A DNA stretch of 56,772 nucleotides. Source: a virus (lineage: Duplodnaviria > Caudoviricetes). The notes under the pieces were generated by a model that was not told the origin of the DNA, did not search any database, and saw only the letters and a list, made by a program, of their open reading frames with translations. Both the position numbers and the translations under genes were made by a program. The stretch lies in IMG/VR virus record IMGVR_UViG_3300037511_000152, positions 1 to 56,772 of that record; one strand, given 5' to 3'. Below, in pieces: positions 45,604 through 53,583 of the stretch; position 1 is the stretch's first letter, and each line of letters opens with the position of its first letter.

Positions 45604-47289
45604 TCACAGCAAATCTTCCTCGTCAGCAAACACGTCGTCTTTGAACGACGAAACGGCTTTGCGGAGGTATGCGATAGCGCGGTCAGGATCGTCGCGAAGT
45701 AACTTCAGGTAGTGCATGAATTCTTCATGGCCTTCTTTTTTCTGTGCTTGTGCGGCCCACACCAATTCCTCGGCGGTATTGAGTACCCGAGGCATGTGGA
45801 TCGACACGAGATACTCCTGCCCCTGGCGCGCGAGTCGGCGAATCAGTTGCAGGAACAACTCCAAAGAGTCAAACGGATCAAAGAGATACAGATGGTGCCC
45901 GCCTGCCTGCATGTTCAGCCCGTAGGCATTAGACGCTGGATGAAAGAACATCATCTGTATCTTGCCTTTCTTCCAGTCGCCTAGCAGTTTGCCCTCTTTA
46001 TCCATCGTCTTAGCAAACGGGAATGCTGCCTTAAGGCGGTCGAGCGAGGATTTAAACCAGTACGCCACGAGAATGTTTTGCCCGCATTCTCGCAGTTCCT
46101 CGTACAGGCTTTCGAGGTCTTCGATCTTGAGGTCGTGAACGTGATGCGTCACTTTCTGCTTCTTCAAGGAACCATGAATCTTCGGGTCCGGGACCATCAC
46201 GGTTTCGTACACGGCGCCGCTGCAAAGCTGAAGTAACTTCTGGCGCTGGTCTGCCGCGTTCTCCGCGAGAATCTTCACTCCCGAAGGTAGCTCCAGGACG
46301 AACTGCTTCTCGAATTTGCGGTACATATCCATCTGCTCTTTCGCCAGGGAAAGCCGGCGCTGGATGAACCAGGGCTCCGCCAAATCAAGATAGTCCTTCG
46401 CCTCCATTACCAAGCAGATCGGCGCGATGAGCTTCAGGATTTCCTCCTTCGCCCCCGGCCGCAGGCTGTATTTGCGCTTGTACTCGTTGTAGGTGAAATA
46501 CTTGTCGCGGAAATACTTGATGGAGCGCGAGAACCGTTCACCACCGTCGAGCAGATAGATTTGCGCGAACAGATCGAGATACGATTCCGGCGCGGGTGTG
46601 CCGGTCAAAATGTGCAACCGAGTGATGTACTTCCGCGCCCACTTGAGAGCCTTGAACCGGTCTGTGCGATAGTCCTTAAAGTTCGAGGACTCATCCACGA
46701 TCACAGTCTTGAACGGCCATTTGGTGCCGAACATCTTCCAGAGCCAATACACCCGCTCACGGTTGATGATGTGCATACACGCGGGCGTCTTGGCGAGCCG
46801 CAGCATGATGGCTTCCTTCTGCGCCGTCTCCGCTGCTGACCGTTCCCCTGCCAACCACTCAGAGCCGTCAGGCATGTCGATATAGAACGCCTTTACTTCT
46901 TCGACCCGGGCACGCCCCGCAGCTTTGATCTCTTCCTTCCAGCAGTCGTCCTCGGCGCGTATGACGATGTGCGATAGGTGCGCCAGATGCTCCCAAATCG
47001 GAATTTCGTTCGGCCACGTTTGCGTGGCGACCTTGAGCGGCGCGATCACCAAGATAGGGCCGTCCTCTCCAGAGTCGATGATCTGCTCGACGAGCCGAGC
47101 TATGACTGTGAGCGAGATACAGGTCTTGCCGAGACCTGGGTCGAGGAACAGGCCTGAGAAAGGATTCTCCCAGAGGAAATCGACGGCCGTGTCCTGGTAG
47201 ACGTGCATGTCCTCCTCGCCGTACTCCACGAGTTCGAACATACGCGCCACGTCACGCGCAATCACCTTCTGTTCAGTAGAGAACACCAA
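45604..47289 (-). CDS. SNF2-family helicase
   Basis: LDPGLGKT, VDESS, LTGTP, GLNMQ, RLARQGQ. Confidence 0.9.
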   Translation of the reverse strand: MVFSTEQKVIARDVARMFELVEYGEEDMHVYQDTAVDFLWENPFSGLFLDPGLGKTCISLTVIARLVEQIIDSGEDGPILVIAPLKVATQTWPNEIPIWEHLAHLSHIVIRAEDDCWKEEIKAAGRARVEEVKAFYIDMPDGSEWLAGERSAAETAQKEAIMLRLAKTPACMHIINRERVYWLWKMFGTKWPFKTVIVDESSNFKDYRTDRFKALKWARKYITRLHILTGTPAPESYLDLFAQIYLLDGGERFSRSIKYFRDKYFTYNEYKRKYSLRPGAKEEILKLIAPICLVMEAKDYLDLAEPWFIQRRLSLAKEQMDMYRKFEKQFVLELPSGVKILAENAADQRQKLLQLCSGAVYETVMVPDPKIHGSLKKQKVTHHVHDLKIEDLESLYEELRECGQNILVAYWFKSSLDRLKAAFPFAKTMDKEGKLLGDWKKGKIQMMFFHPASNAYGLNMQAGGHHLYLFDPFDSLELFLQLIRRLARQGQEYLVSIHMPRVLNTAEELVWAAQAQKKEGHEEFMHYLKLLRDDPDRAIAYLRKAVSSFKDDVFADEEDLL

Positions 47290-47551
47290 TCGCCTCCGTC
47301 AAGCTGTGCCACACGTAGCATCGCGCCCCGTGAGCCTCCATTTCTTCGCGCCGCATGACTTGGTGCTCGTCCTCTTCTTCTCCAGGGCGCTTGATCTCAG
47401 GCCAGATAACTTTACCGTTGCGGATCATTACGCGATCCATCACGCCTTTCCTGCCCGGAGAAACGAACTTGCCGACCCACCAACCGCGTGACTCGGCATA
47501 GCTGCAAATCTCCTTCTCGACCTTCGATTCCCTCGTTTTATCCGTTGGCAC
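47273..47551 (-). CDS. VRR-NUC domain nuclease
   Basis: ES.VE...K.VSPGR.GV.DR...EIKRPG...Q. Confidence 0.85.
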   Translation of the reverse strand: MPTDKTRESKVEKEICSYAESRGWWVGKFVSPGRKGVMDRVMIRNGKVIWPEIKRPGEEEDEHQVMRREEMEAHGARCYVWHSLTEAIGVLY

Positions 47552-48074
47552 GCGCCTCTCCCCTGAGGATACGGATGCAATGCCCTACGTCAAAGCCATT
47601 CTCCCTAGCGAACTTCGCAACTTGCCCGCGCGACATGCCTCTGATCGCCATCACGGTAGTCGTCGATAGCTTGGCGTTCGGGTGTTTCTCTCCTTCCGGC
47701 ATAGTCCCGTGCTTCCGCTTATCCGCCATGTTGCCTTTCGGCGTGTCGTAGCGCAAATTGCCAGAGTGATTGCACGATGACACACCATTCCGATGACAGA
47801 TATGCGCGCCCGCCGGCCGCTTCCCCTTGAAGGCGTGAGCCACGAGGTCGTGCACCCATCGCTTGGACTTCTTGTTATTACGCCAAAGGAAAACAGCGAT
47901 ATAACCACCGTATTCGTACAGGCGCAGCATAGCGCCCTTTATCGTCTTTACGTGTCCGTTCACTTGCGTGATCTGACGGGTTAGCGAGCGTACGCGACCA
48001 CGGTTGGACACTTCGTAGAGCCCTTTGTACCCGACGACATGGGTCCATTTCTCGGAAGTAACTTCAGACATCAT
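47538..48074 (-). CDS. NUMOD4-HNH homing endonuclease
   Basis: W..V.GY.GLYEVSN.GRVRS, VH.LVA.AF, H.NG...N...NL.Y.T...N. Confidence 0.9.
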   Translation of the reverse strand: MMSEVTSEKWTHVVGYKGLYEVSNRGRVRSLTRQITQVNGHVKTIKGAMLRLYEYGGYIAVFLWRNNKKSKRWVHDLVAHAFKGKRPAGAHICHRNGVSSCNHSGNLRYDTPKGNMADKRKHGTMPEGEKHPNAKLSTTTVMAIRGMSRGQVAKFARENGFDVGHCIRILRGEARANG

Positions 48075-48077
48075 GGC

Positions 48078-50267
48078 TCAGTCCTTTCGATAGAAAATCC
48101 ACTCGGCGCCTGCTGCGTTGAGCGGGATATCCTGCCCCCACCAAGGAAGGCGAATCATGCACTCGCGCAGCTTTGCGACGCTGTGGTACTCGTCGTCCTC
48201 GTCCTCGATACAGTTGATTTCATCGTGCACATGAAAACGGATGTCGAATCCTTCCTCGTCAGCAGCAAAGAGACCTAGTTGCAGTATGTCTCGCGCGATG
48301 GCTTGCACGAGGTTTTCAGTCATCTTTCCGCCGTGAGAGTCGATCCGAACCCATTTCCGCGTGTCCTGATCCATCCCCATGTATGTCAGGTTGATACGAG
48401 TGTAGGTCTTCGGTTCGCCGGTCTTCTGATCGATAACAGGCTTTCCGGTCTCTTTGTCCAGCGAGATGAACGTCTTCTTCTCAAGCTTGGGCTTGTAGTA
48501 ATAGAGCCGCCGGCCGGAGGGTAGAATGGCGCACAGGAAAGGCTTGCGAAGTTCGAACGTCACAGGACCGACCGAATGCTCGTTACCTGTGCGGATCGTC
48601 GCAGCAATGGCGGACTCAAGGTCGTACCAAAGCTGAGGAATCTCGGGGTATGTCTCACGGAAGATTTCCACCGAACGGGCCGATTCCTTCTGGGTCATCT
48701 TCACGCCCATGTTCTCGGCGTAGCCCCAAAGCCCGGTTTTCTTCCCTGCCCGCTCGGTGCCTCCGCCCAGGCGATATCCGGCGCCCAGGGTAGCGGGTTT
48801 CGACATCTTGCGCTGGTGCGAAGTAACTTCGTCGTAAGGAACGTTGAACAGTCGAGTGGCGAAGTCCTTGTAGGCGTCGCGACCTTCACGGAAAACGTTC
48901 AGCAACCGTTCGCACCCGGACAGCCACCCGATTACGACCGATTCAATCGAGGCCAAGTCGCAGGAGCGGATAATCTTTCCTTCCGGCGCTCTGACGACCC
49001 CGCGCACGCACCCCGCGATCAAATCCATCGGCTCCTTGGCGAGAAGCTGGATCATACCGTAGTCGTTCTCGCGGATGGCATCGGTAGCCGCCACAAGCCA
49101 GATGTCGGACTTGTCATGCGCCTCAAGGAATTTAGGCGTACTATGCAAGTTCTGCATCTGCACACCGCGTCCGGAGTATCGAAGCGTCCGCGCCGCGCCT
49201 CCGAACTTTATGCTGTGCCGGAACATGTAGCCCGGGCCGAGCTTCTTCGTAAAAGCGGAATACTTGGAGACCGACGTTCGAGAGGCTTGGCGCCGCGCCT
49301 TGAGCATCCGATAGCACGAAGCCGTGATGCCAGGGGTCTTGTAGCTAACCGGCGTGTCGAAAACAATGTCGTCTTCTACGACCAAGGAATCGTCCTTCTC
49401 AGGGGCTAAGCCGTGTTCCTTGCAGTATGCCTCGTGCTCGTCGATAACCTTCATTACCGACGCCTTTTCCAGGTCAGCAAAGCGGTAGCCGCGATCTTTG
49501 AGCCAGGGTAGAAGCTGGTTGCGGGAGTTTGGGTTAGCAAGGCCCGTTTCAGCCTTCATCATCTTGATGATCTCGGCCTTGCGCATCGCTGCCAGTGCGG
49601 TAGCATTCTCAGCCATGGTGACATCGACCGGGATGCCCCTGTCGTTGATCTTCTGATCGAGTGCGTATTCGGCCCACGCCGTATCCCAGATTGGGAATCT
49701 CTCCAACCGGCTCCAGACTTCGAACTCAGAAACCTCATCCTGCACGTTGTAACCGCAGAACCGCTCCCATTCCTCCGGGTCGGTCGTCCAATCGCGCCAG
49801 CGAAGCTGCTGGTTTTTCGTGATCCGCTGAGGTTGACAGAACAGTTTGATGAGTCGGCCACCTGCGGGGTCTTTGATTTTATCGAGCGGTAGGCACATCT
49901 GCGAAGCAACTTCGGCGAGGCTTCCGGTGAAGCTGTGCATCGCGGCTTTCGCCATCGTGCAGCGCCACTCTTCGTAGCGCGTAGGAATCTTCGCCACGTC
50001 ACGCGTAATGCGACGTTCGAACTCGGCGTTGAAGGCGACCTTGAGGATTCCACGGTCTGCCAGAGCTTCCCGAAGTTCAATAGGCATGCGGCTGCCCATC
50101 GAAAGGTCCCAGCTTCCTCGTTCAGAGGTTTCCCCGTCAACGACGATGCGCCACGCGGCCATCAGGATGCGCGTCGACGGGTCCGAGGCGTAGGCGTCCA
50201 GACCGCGTTGAACGAGGTCTACTTCGCTCGCTGTTTCGTAGTCAAGATGGAGGCGGATTTCCTGCAT
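48078..50267 (-). CDS. DNA polymerase, family A, with 3'-5' exonuclease domain
   Basis: DYET, AFNAEFE, YNVQD (exo); DLASIE, R...K...LG.GY, HVHDE (pol motifs A/B/C). Confidence 0.95.
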   Translation of the reverse strand: MQEIRLHLDYETASEVDLVQRGLDAYASDPSTRILMAAWRIVVDGETSERGSWDLSMGSRMPIELREALADRGILKVAFNAEFERRITRDVAKIPTRYEEWRCTMAKAAMHSFTGSLAEVASQMCLPLDKIKDPAGGRLIKLFCQPQRITKNQQLRWRDWTTDPEEWERFCGYNVQDEVSEFEVWSRLERFPIWDTAWAEYALDQKINDRGIPVDVTMAENATALAAMRKAEIIKMMKAETGLANPNSRNQLLPWLKDRGYRFADLEKASVMKVIDEHEAYCKEHGLAPEKDDSLVVEDDIVFDTPVSYKTPGITASCYRMLKARRQASRTSVSKYSAFTKKLGPGYMFRHSIKFGGAARTLRYSGRGVQMQNLHSTPKFLEAHDKSDIWLVAATDAIRENDYGMIQLLAKEPMDLIAGCVRGVVRAPEGKIIRSCDLASIESVVIGWLSGCERLLNVFREGRDAYKDFATRLFNVPYDEVTSHQRKMSKPATLGAGYRLGGGTERAGKKTGLWGYAENMGVKMTQKESARSVEIFRETYPEIPQLWYDLESAIAATIRTGNEHSVGPVTFELRKPFLCAILPSGRRLYYYKPKLEKKTFISLDKETGKPVIDQKTGEPKTYTRINLTYMGMDQDTRKWVRIDSHGGKMTENLVQAIARDILQLGLFAADEEGFDIRFHVHDEINCIEDEDDEYHSVAKLRECMIRLPWWGQDIPLNAAGAEWIFYRKD

Positions 50268-50360
50268 TTCGTCACCAGAGAAAAAGAAGCCCGAGATGTC
50301 TCCACCCCGGGCTTCAAAGCTGCCGCCGTCAGCGTCCCTTCCGACGACGGCCCTGAGACG

Positions 50361-50996
50361 TTACAGACCGCTGTCGTCGTCTTCGTCGAAGCCAGAGGAC
50401 TCGCCGCCATCTTCGTAGCTCTCGAATGCCTCGTCGGCGTCTTCCTCGCTGATGCGCTCTTCCCCGAAGCTGACACCATCATCCTTGACGAATTGCACGG
50501 CCAGGAGCGAAGCATTGACACGCTTGCCGTGCTTGTTGTCCTGCCACCATGGCTTGATGAGCATATTGACGATGCCGCCCGCGAAGAACACACGTGCCGC
50601 ATCTTCCGGCTTCACGGTGCGATTGCGAGCGTCACGCAGGATCGGTGGCTTCTCCTCGACCTCGGAGGCCGACAGAGCCCACATGCCGTCATACTCGTCC
50701 TTGGCCTTCAGATCACCGTCCTTGGCGAACTTCTTGTCAGCCGGAATCTTCTTGCCGTCGTTGCGTTCGGCCAGGATTGCGTCGATGCGCTTGACGCACA
50801 TCTTCAACACATCACCATGCGTTTTCTTGTCGGCGAGGCCGGTCATTGAAAATTTCTTCGGCGACTCGGGATCGTCATCGTCAACACGCTTGGGCTTGCC
50901 GAGATGCGGATAGCTGGCACGAACGCCCTTGATGAGCATGCAGCCGTCGGTGTACAGCACTACGTTGCTTGTCTGTTCTTTGATTTCGCGGGCCAT
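50361..50996 (-). CDS. single-stranded DNA-binding protein (DUF2815-like)
   Basis: VR.SYP.L..P, L.AVQF..D...FG, acidic tail. Confidence 0.85.
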   Translation of the reverse strand: MAREIKEQTSNVVLYTDGCMLIKGVRASYPHLGKPKRVDDDDPESPKKFSMTGLADKKTHGDVLKMCVKRIDAILAERNDGKKIPADKKFAKDGDLKAKDEYDGMWALSASEVEEKPPILRDARNRTVKPEDAARVFFAGGIVNMLIKPWWQDNKHGKRVNASLLAVQFVKDDGVSFGEERISEEDADEAFESYEDGGESSGFDEDDDSGL

Positions 50997-51017
50997 GGTG
51001 GTCTCCGGTTTCGCTGG

Positions 51018-52373
51018 TTACAGGTCTTCTGCCGTGAGGTCGCTGAAAACTTCATCAGCCACGGCGTCAAGTGGTTGCCGGGGGTCCGACAACGGCACTA
51101 GGGTAGCGCGCCCGCGCGGTTTGTCAACGTGCGGAGCGAGCAGCTTCACAGCTTCGCCACGACGAAAGCCGGCTTCGACAAGCGCGTCTTCCGCCTGAGC
51201 GGGTGAAGCAAATGACAGTTTGTACAGACTGAGCGTGTCGACGCCCTGTTTATGCAGAAATCGTTCTGCCGCCTTCTGATTCTTGAACACTCGGTTGGTC
51301 CGCGCCTCGACAAGTTTCTGGCCTGGAACCGGCTCTCCGCGCAGCGCGCGACGGTCCAACTCGGCTTCCACATCACGGAACCAACTCTCCACGATCCCTC
51401 GATAGGCGACCAAACGGCTGAGGTGCAGCGTGCTGAGTTCGCCGGGTGGAAGTAACTTCGGAGCGTACAGGCCCACCTCCAAAGCGTCCTTCACCTCTTC
51501 CATCCGCTCGATAGAGGTCTCAACGTCGTCGAAAACCGAACCGTTCAACTCCTCCATCGCTGCCGCGAACGCCGCGCATGTGCCCTTCACGCGGCACCAT
51601 TGGCAGCCTTTTTCCGAGACGCGTCGAGGGGCATTCTCCTGCCACGCGAGGGCGGCACGCTCTTTCACCCACGCCGCAAAATCGAGCAACTGTCCAACCG
51701 TCGTTTCCCAGGTCTGGAAGTGCCCCAAACGCGGTTGGCAAATACGGATGCGTATGTACTTGATGTCGTCCCGTTCGGCTTTGGACAGAGACCGGTAAAA
51801 ACCGTAGGCGTACAGCAGCGCCTGAGTGTTGCCGTTCAGCTTGATCGGGTTGTCGAACTCATCGCGCCAACACCAAGCAGGCTCATTCAGGTCTTCAGCC
51901 GCATAAACGATGACGCCTTTTCCGAACTTCAAGTCGGTAACAGTGATCGTGCGGCCAAAGATGGCGCCATGATCGGACGTTCCGCCTTGCTTCGGGATGG
52001 GGGTGAGGTCGCTGAACCAAACCTTCGTCTCGGTGTAGTGATCGCCCTCACATTCCATGCACCAGTCGACGTACAACTCGACGTAATCGAGCATCGAGTT
52101 CGTGATCTCGATCGTCCAGCCATCGACCTCCATGGTGGTGCCGACCAAGTGTTTAGGCCGAACGCCCGTTTTTAGCCAGTGCTCAGCGACGTGATGCGCG
52201 ACAGTGCCTTCAGCGGCTTCTTCGCCTGCGTCGTCTTTCGCTGTAAGGTTCGGGAGGAGGGAGCCGGCACACCAGAGCCACATTGCGCTAGAGGACGGCG
52301 AAAAGATAGAGTGACCACCCGCCAGGATGTCGTACTTCTTCGCTCCGAGGTCGACAGGTGGTTTGATTTTCAT
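51018..52373 (-). CDS. Cas4-like PD-(D/E)XK exonuclease (DUF2800)
   Basis: HS.FSPS...W..C.GS, EGT..H, GTSD, DLKFGKG, Q...YA.G, CQWC...C. Confidence 0.9.
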   Translation of the reverse strand: MKIKPPVDLGAKKYDILAGGHSIFSPSSSAMWLWCAGSLLPNLTAKDDAGEEAAEGTVAHHVAEHWLKTGVRPKHLVGTTMEVDGWTIEITNSMLDYVELYVDWCMECEGDHYTETKVWFSDLTPIPKQGGTSDHGAIFGRTITVTDLKFGKGVIVYAAEDLNEPAWCWRDEFDNPIKLNGNTQALLYAYGFYRSLSKAERDDIKYIRIRICQPRLGHFQTWETTVGQLLDFAAWVKERAALAWQENAPRRVSEKGCQWCRVKGTCAAFAAAMEELNGSVFDDVETSIERMEEVKDALEVGLYAPKLLPPGELSTLHLSRLVAYRGIVESWFRDVEAELDRRALRGEPVPGQKLVEARTNRVFKNQKAAERFLHKQGVDTLSLYKLSFASPAQAEDALVEAGFRRGEAVKLLAPHVDKPRGRATLVPLSDPRQPLDAVADEVFSDLTAEDL

Positions 52374-52391
52374 GGGGTGGGACGAAAAAGG

Positions 52392-52705
52392 AAGACGCCG
52401 CTCAAGTCCGGGGGGACTGGGTGGGAGTGCCGAGCGGCGTCTTGGTGCTCCACGACGATCACCGTGAAGCGCAGTCTTTCACATTCCCGCGAGCAAGCCT
52501 ATCCCGAGGTTTCACACGCGGTGGGCTGCCGACTGCGCTTCACGGTGACGCCTCCACACGGAGGCGGGCAAGTTGTCAGGACGCGATTGCCATCTCGCCG
52601 CCCGGGACTCTGCGGAAGGTCGACCGGGCCAACTCCTGCGGGTCGTGGCTCTCGCGCAGTGCCTCGGCGCCCCGTGTCCGGAAACACCGCGCACCGACCC
52701 GCAGG
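52392..52705. ncRNA. candidate structured RNA / multi-hairpin intergenic element
   Basis: Perfect stems 52392-52403/52432-52443 (12 bp), 52459-52476/52531-52548 (18 bp), 52549-52555/52560-52566 (7 bp), 52635-52645/52695-52705 (11 bp). Confidence 0.5.
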
Positions 52706-52714
52706 GCCGCAGGC

Positions 52715-53104
52715 TTAGAGCCCCGATCCCTCTTCGTCGCTCCCTTCGCCACCGCCGTTTTCAGCATCGTCGATCATCTTCTGACCGGCTTGCATGAACG
52801 CGGCGAAGTTCTCTTCCGCGATGTCGGCCAGGGCGTCAGCCTTGCCCTTTTCCTTGATCAGCTTCTTCGCAGCCGGAGTGCCGAACTGATCCTTGATCTT
52901 CACGGCCATGGCCTTGACCTGCTGCACGTCGTACTTCGTCGCGCCGGCCTTGCCGCCGGCCTTGCCGCCCTTGCCGCTGCTTGTCTTGGTGCTGGTGCTC
53001 TCGGTCGACTCGGCCTTGCCGCCGCCGCCACCGCCGCCCTTCAGGGCTGCCGTGTTCTCGTTCAGTGCCTCGATGAGGGCATCGATTTTATCTTCCAGGG
53101 ACAT
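52715..53104 (-). CDS. hypothetical protein heading the replication operon
   Basis: MSLEDKIDALIEAL..NT coiled coil, Gly/Ser/Thr linker, helical C-domain; GGAG RBS. Confidence 0.8.
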   Translation of the reverse strand: MSLEDKIDALIEALNENTAALKGGGGGGGKAESTESTSTKTSSGKGGKAGGKAGATKYDVQQVKAMAVKIKDQFGTPAAKKLIKEKGKADALADIAEENFAAFMQAGQKMIDDAENGGGEGSDEEGSGL

Positions 53105-53159
53105 GCAATTTCTCCAGTGAGTTTCGGATTGAGGCCGGTTCCTCGGGGCCACGGTTGGC

Positions 53160-53260
53160 ATTGAATACGAACCAAAAAATAGTGTCAAGGAAATTTTTAC
53201 CTATCCCATGAAAAAGTTACCTGCTATCCTACGGTCAATAAACGCCGCAAGGAATAACCT
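53160..53260. promoter_or_regulatory. AT-rich divergent promoter region
   Basis: TTGACA on - near 53184-53189; lies between divergent operons. Confidence 0.55.
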
Positions 53261-53290
53261 TGCACATTCCAATAATCAGGAGTAAGGACA

Positions 53291-53569
53291 ATGGCAATTC
53301 AATGCCCGGCATGGCTCGCGACGCTGCCTGAAAGCGAACAGAAGGTGGCACGGCGGAAGTTCCTTCTGAAAGTGTGTGCCATGTACGCCACCCCGAACGG
53401 CACCATGCGCGAGTTCTCCTCCGCCCTGGGCTACAACGAGGGTTCGCTTTACACCTATTTCCGGGGTGACGCAGACATCCCGCCCAAGTTGGCGATCGCC
53501 ATCGAAAATCTCGTCGGGGTCGAACTCGCCCCGCGCGAACTCCTGCTGCCTGAAATCTTCAGCCGATAA
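53291..53569 (+). CDS. HTH (Cro/XRE-like) DNA-binding protein
   Basis: MREFSSALGYNEGSLYTYFRG...IPPKLAIAIE...LLPEIF. Confidence 0.8.
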   Translation: MAIQCPAWLATLPESEQKVARRKFLLKVCAMYATPNGTMREFSSALGYNEGSLYTYFRGDADIPPKLAIAIENLVGVELAPRELLLPEIFSR

Positions 53570-53583
53570 CAAGGAGTCGCGCC

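Noticed and set aside
51018-52373. Cas4-like gene as part of a CRISPR-Cas system
   Set aside because: No repeat-spacer array or other cas genes seen; it sits in the standard exonuclease-SSB-polymerase module
52421-53164. ORFs crossing the hairpin region (e.g. 247 aa on +)
   Set aside because: Antisense to a real gene, low-complexity translation, no RBS
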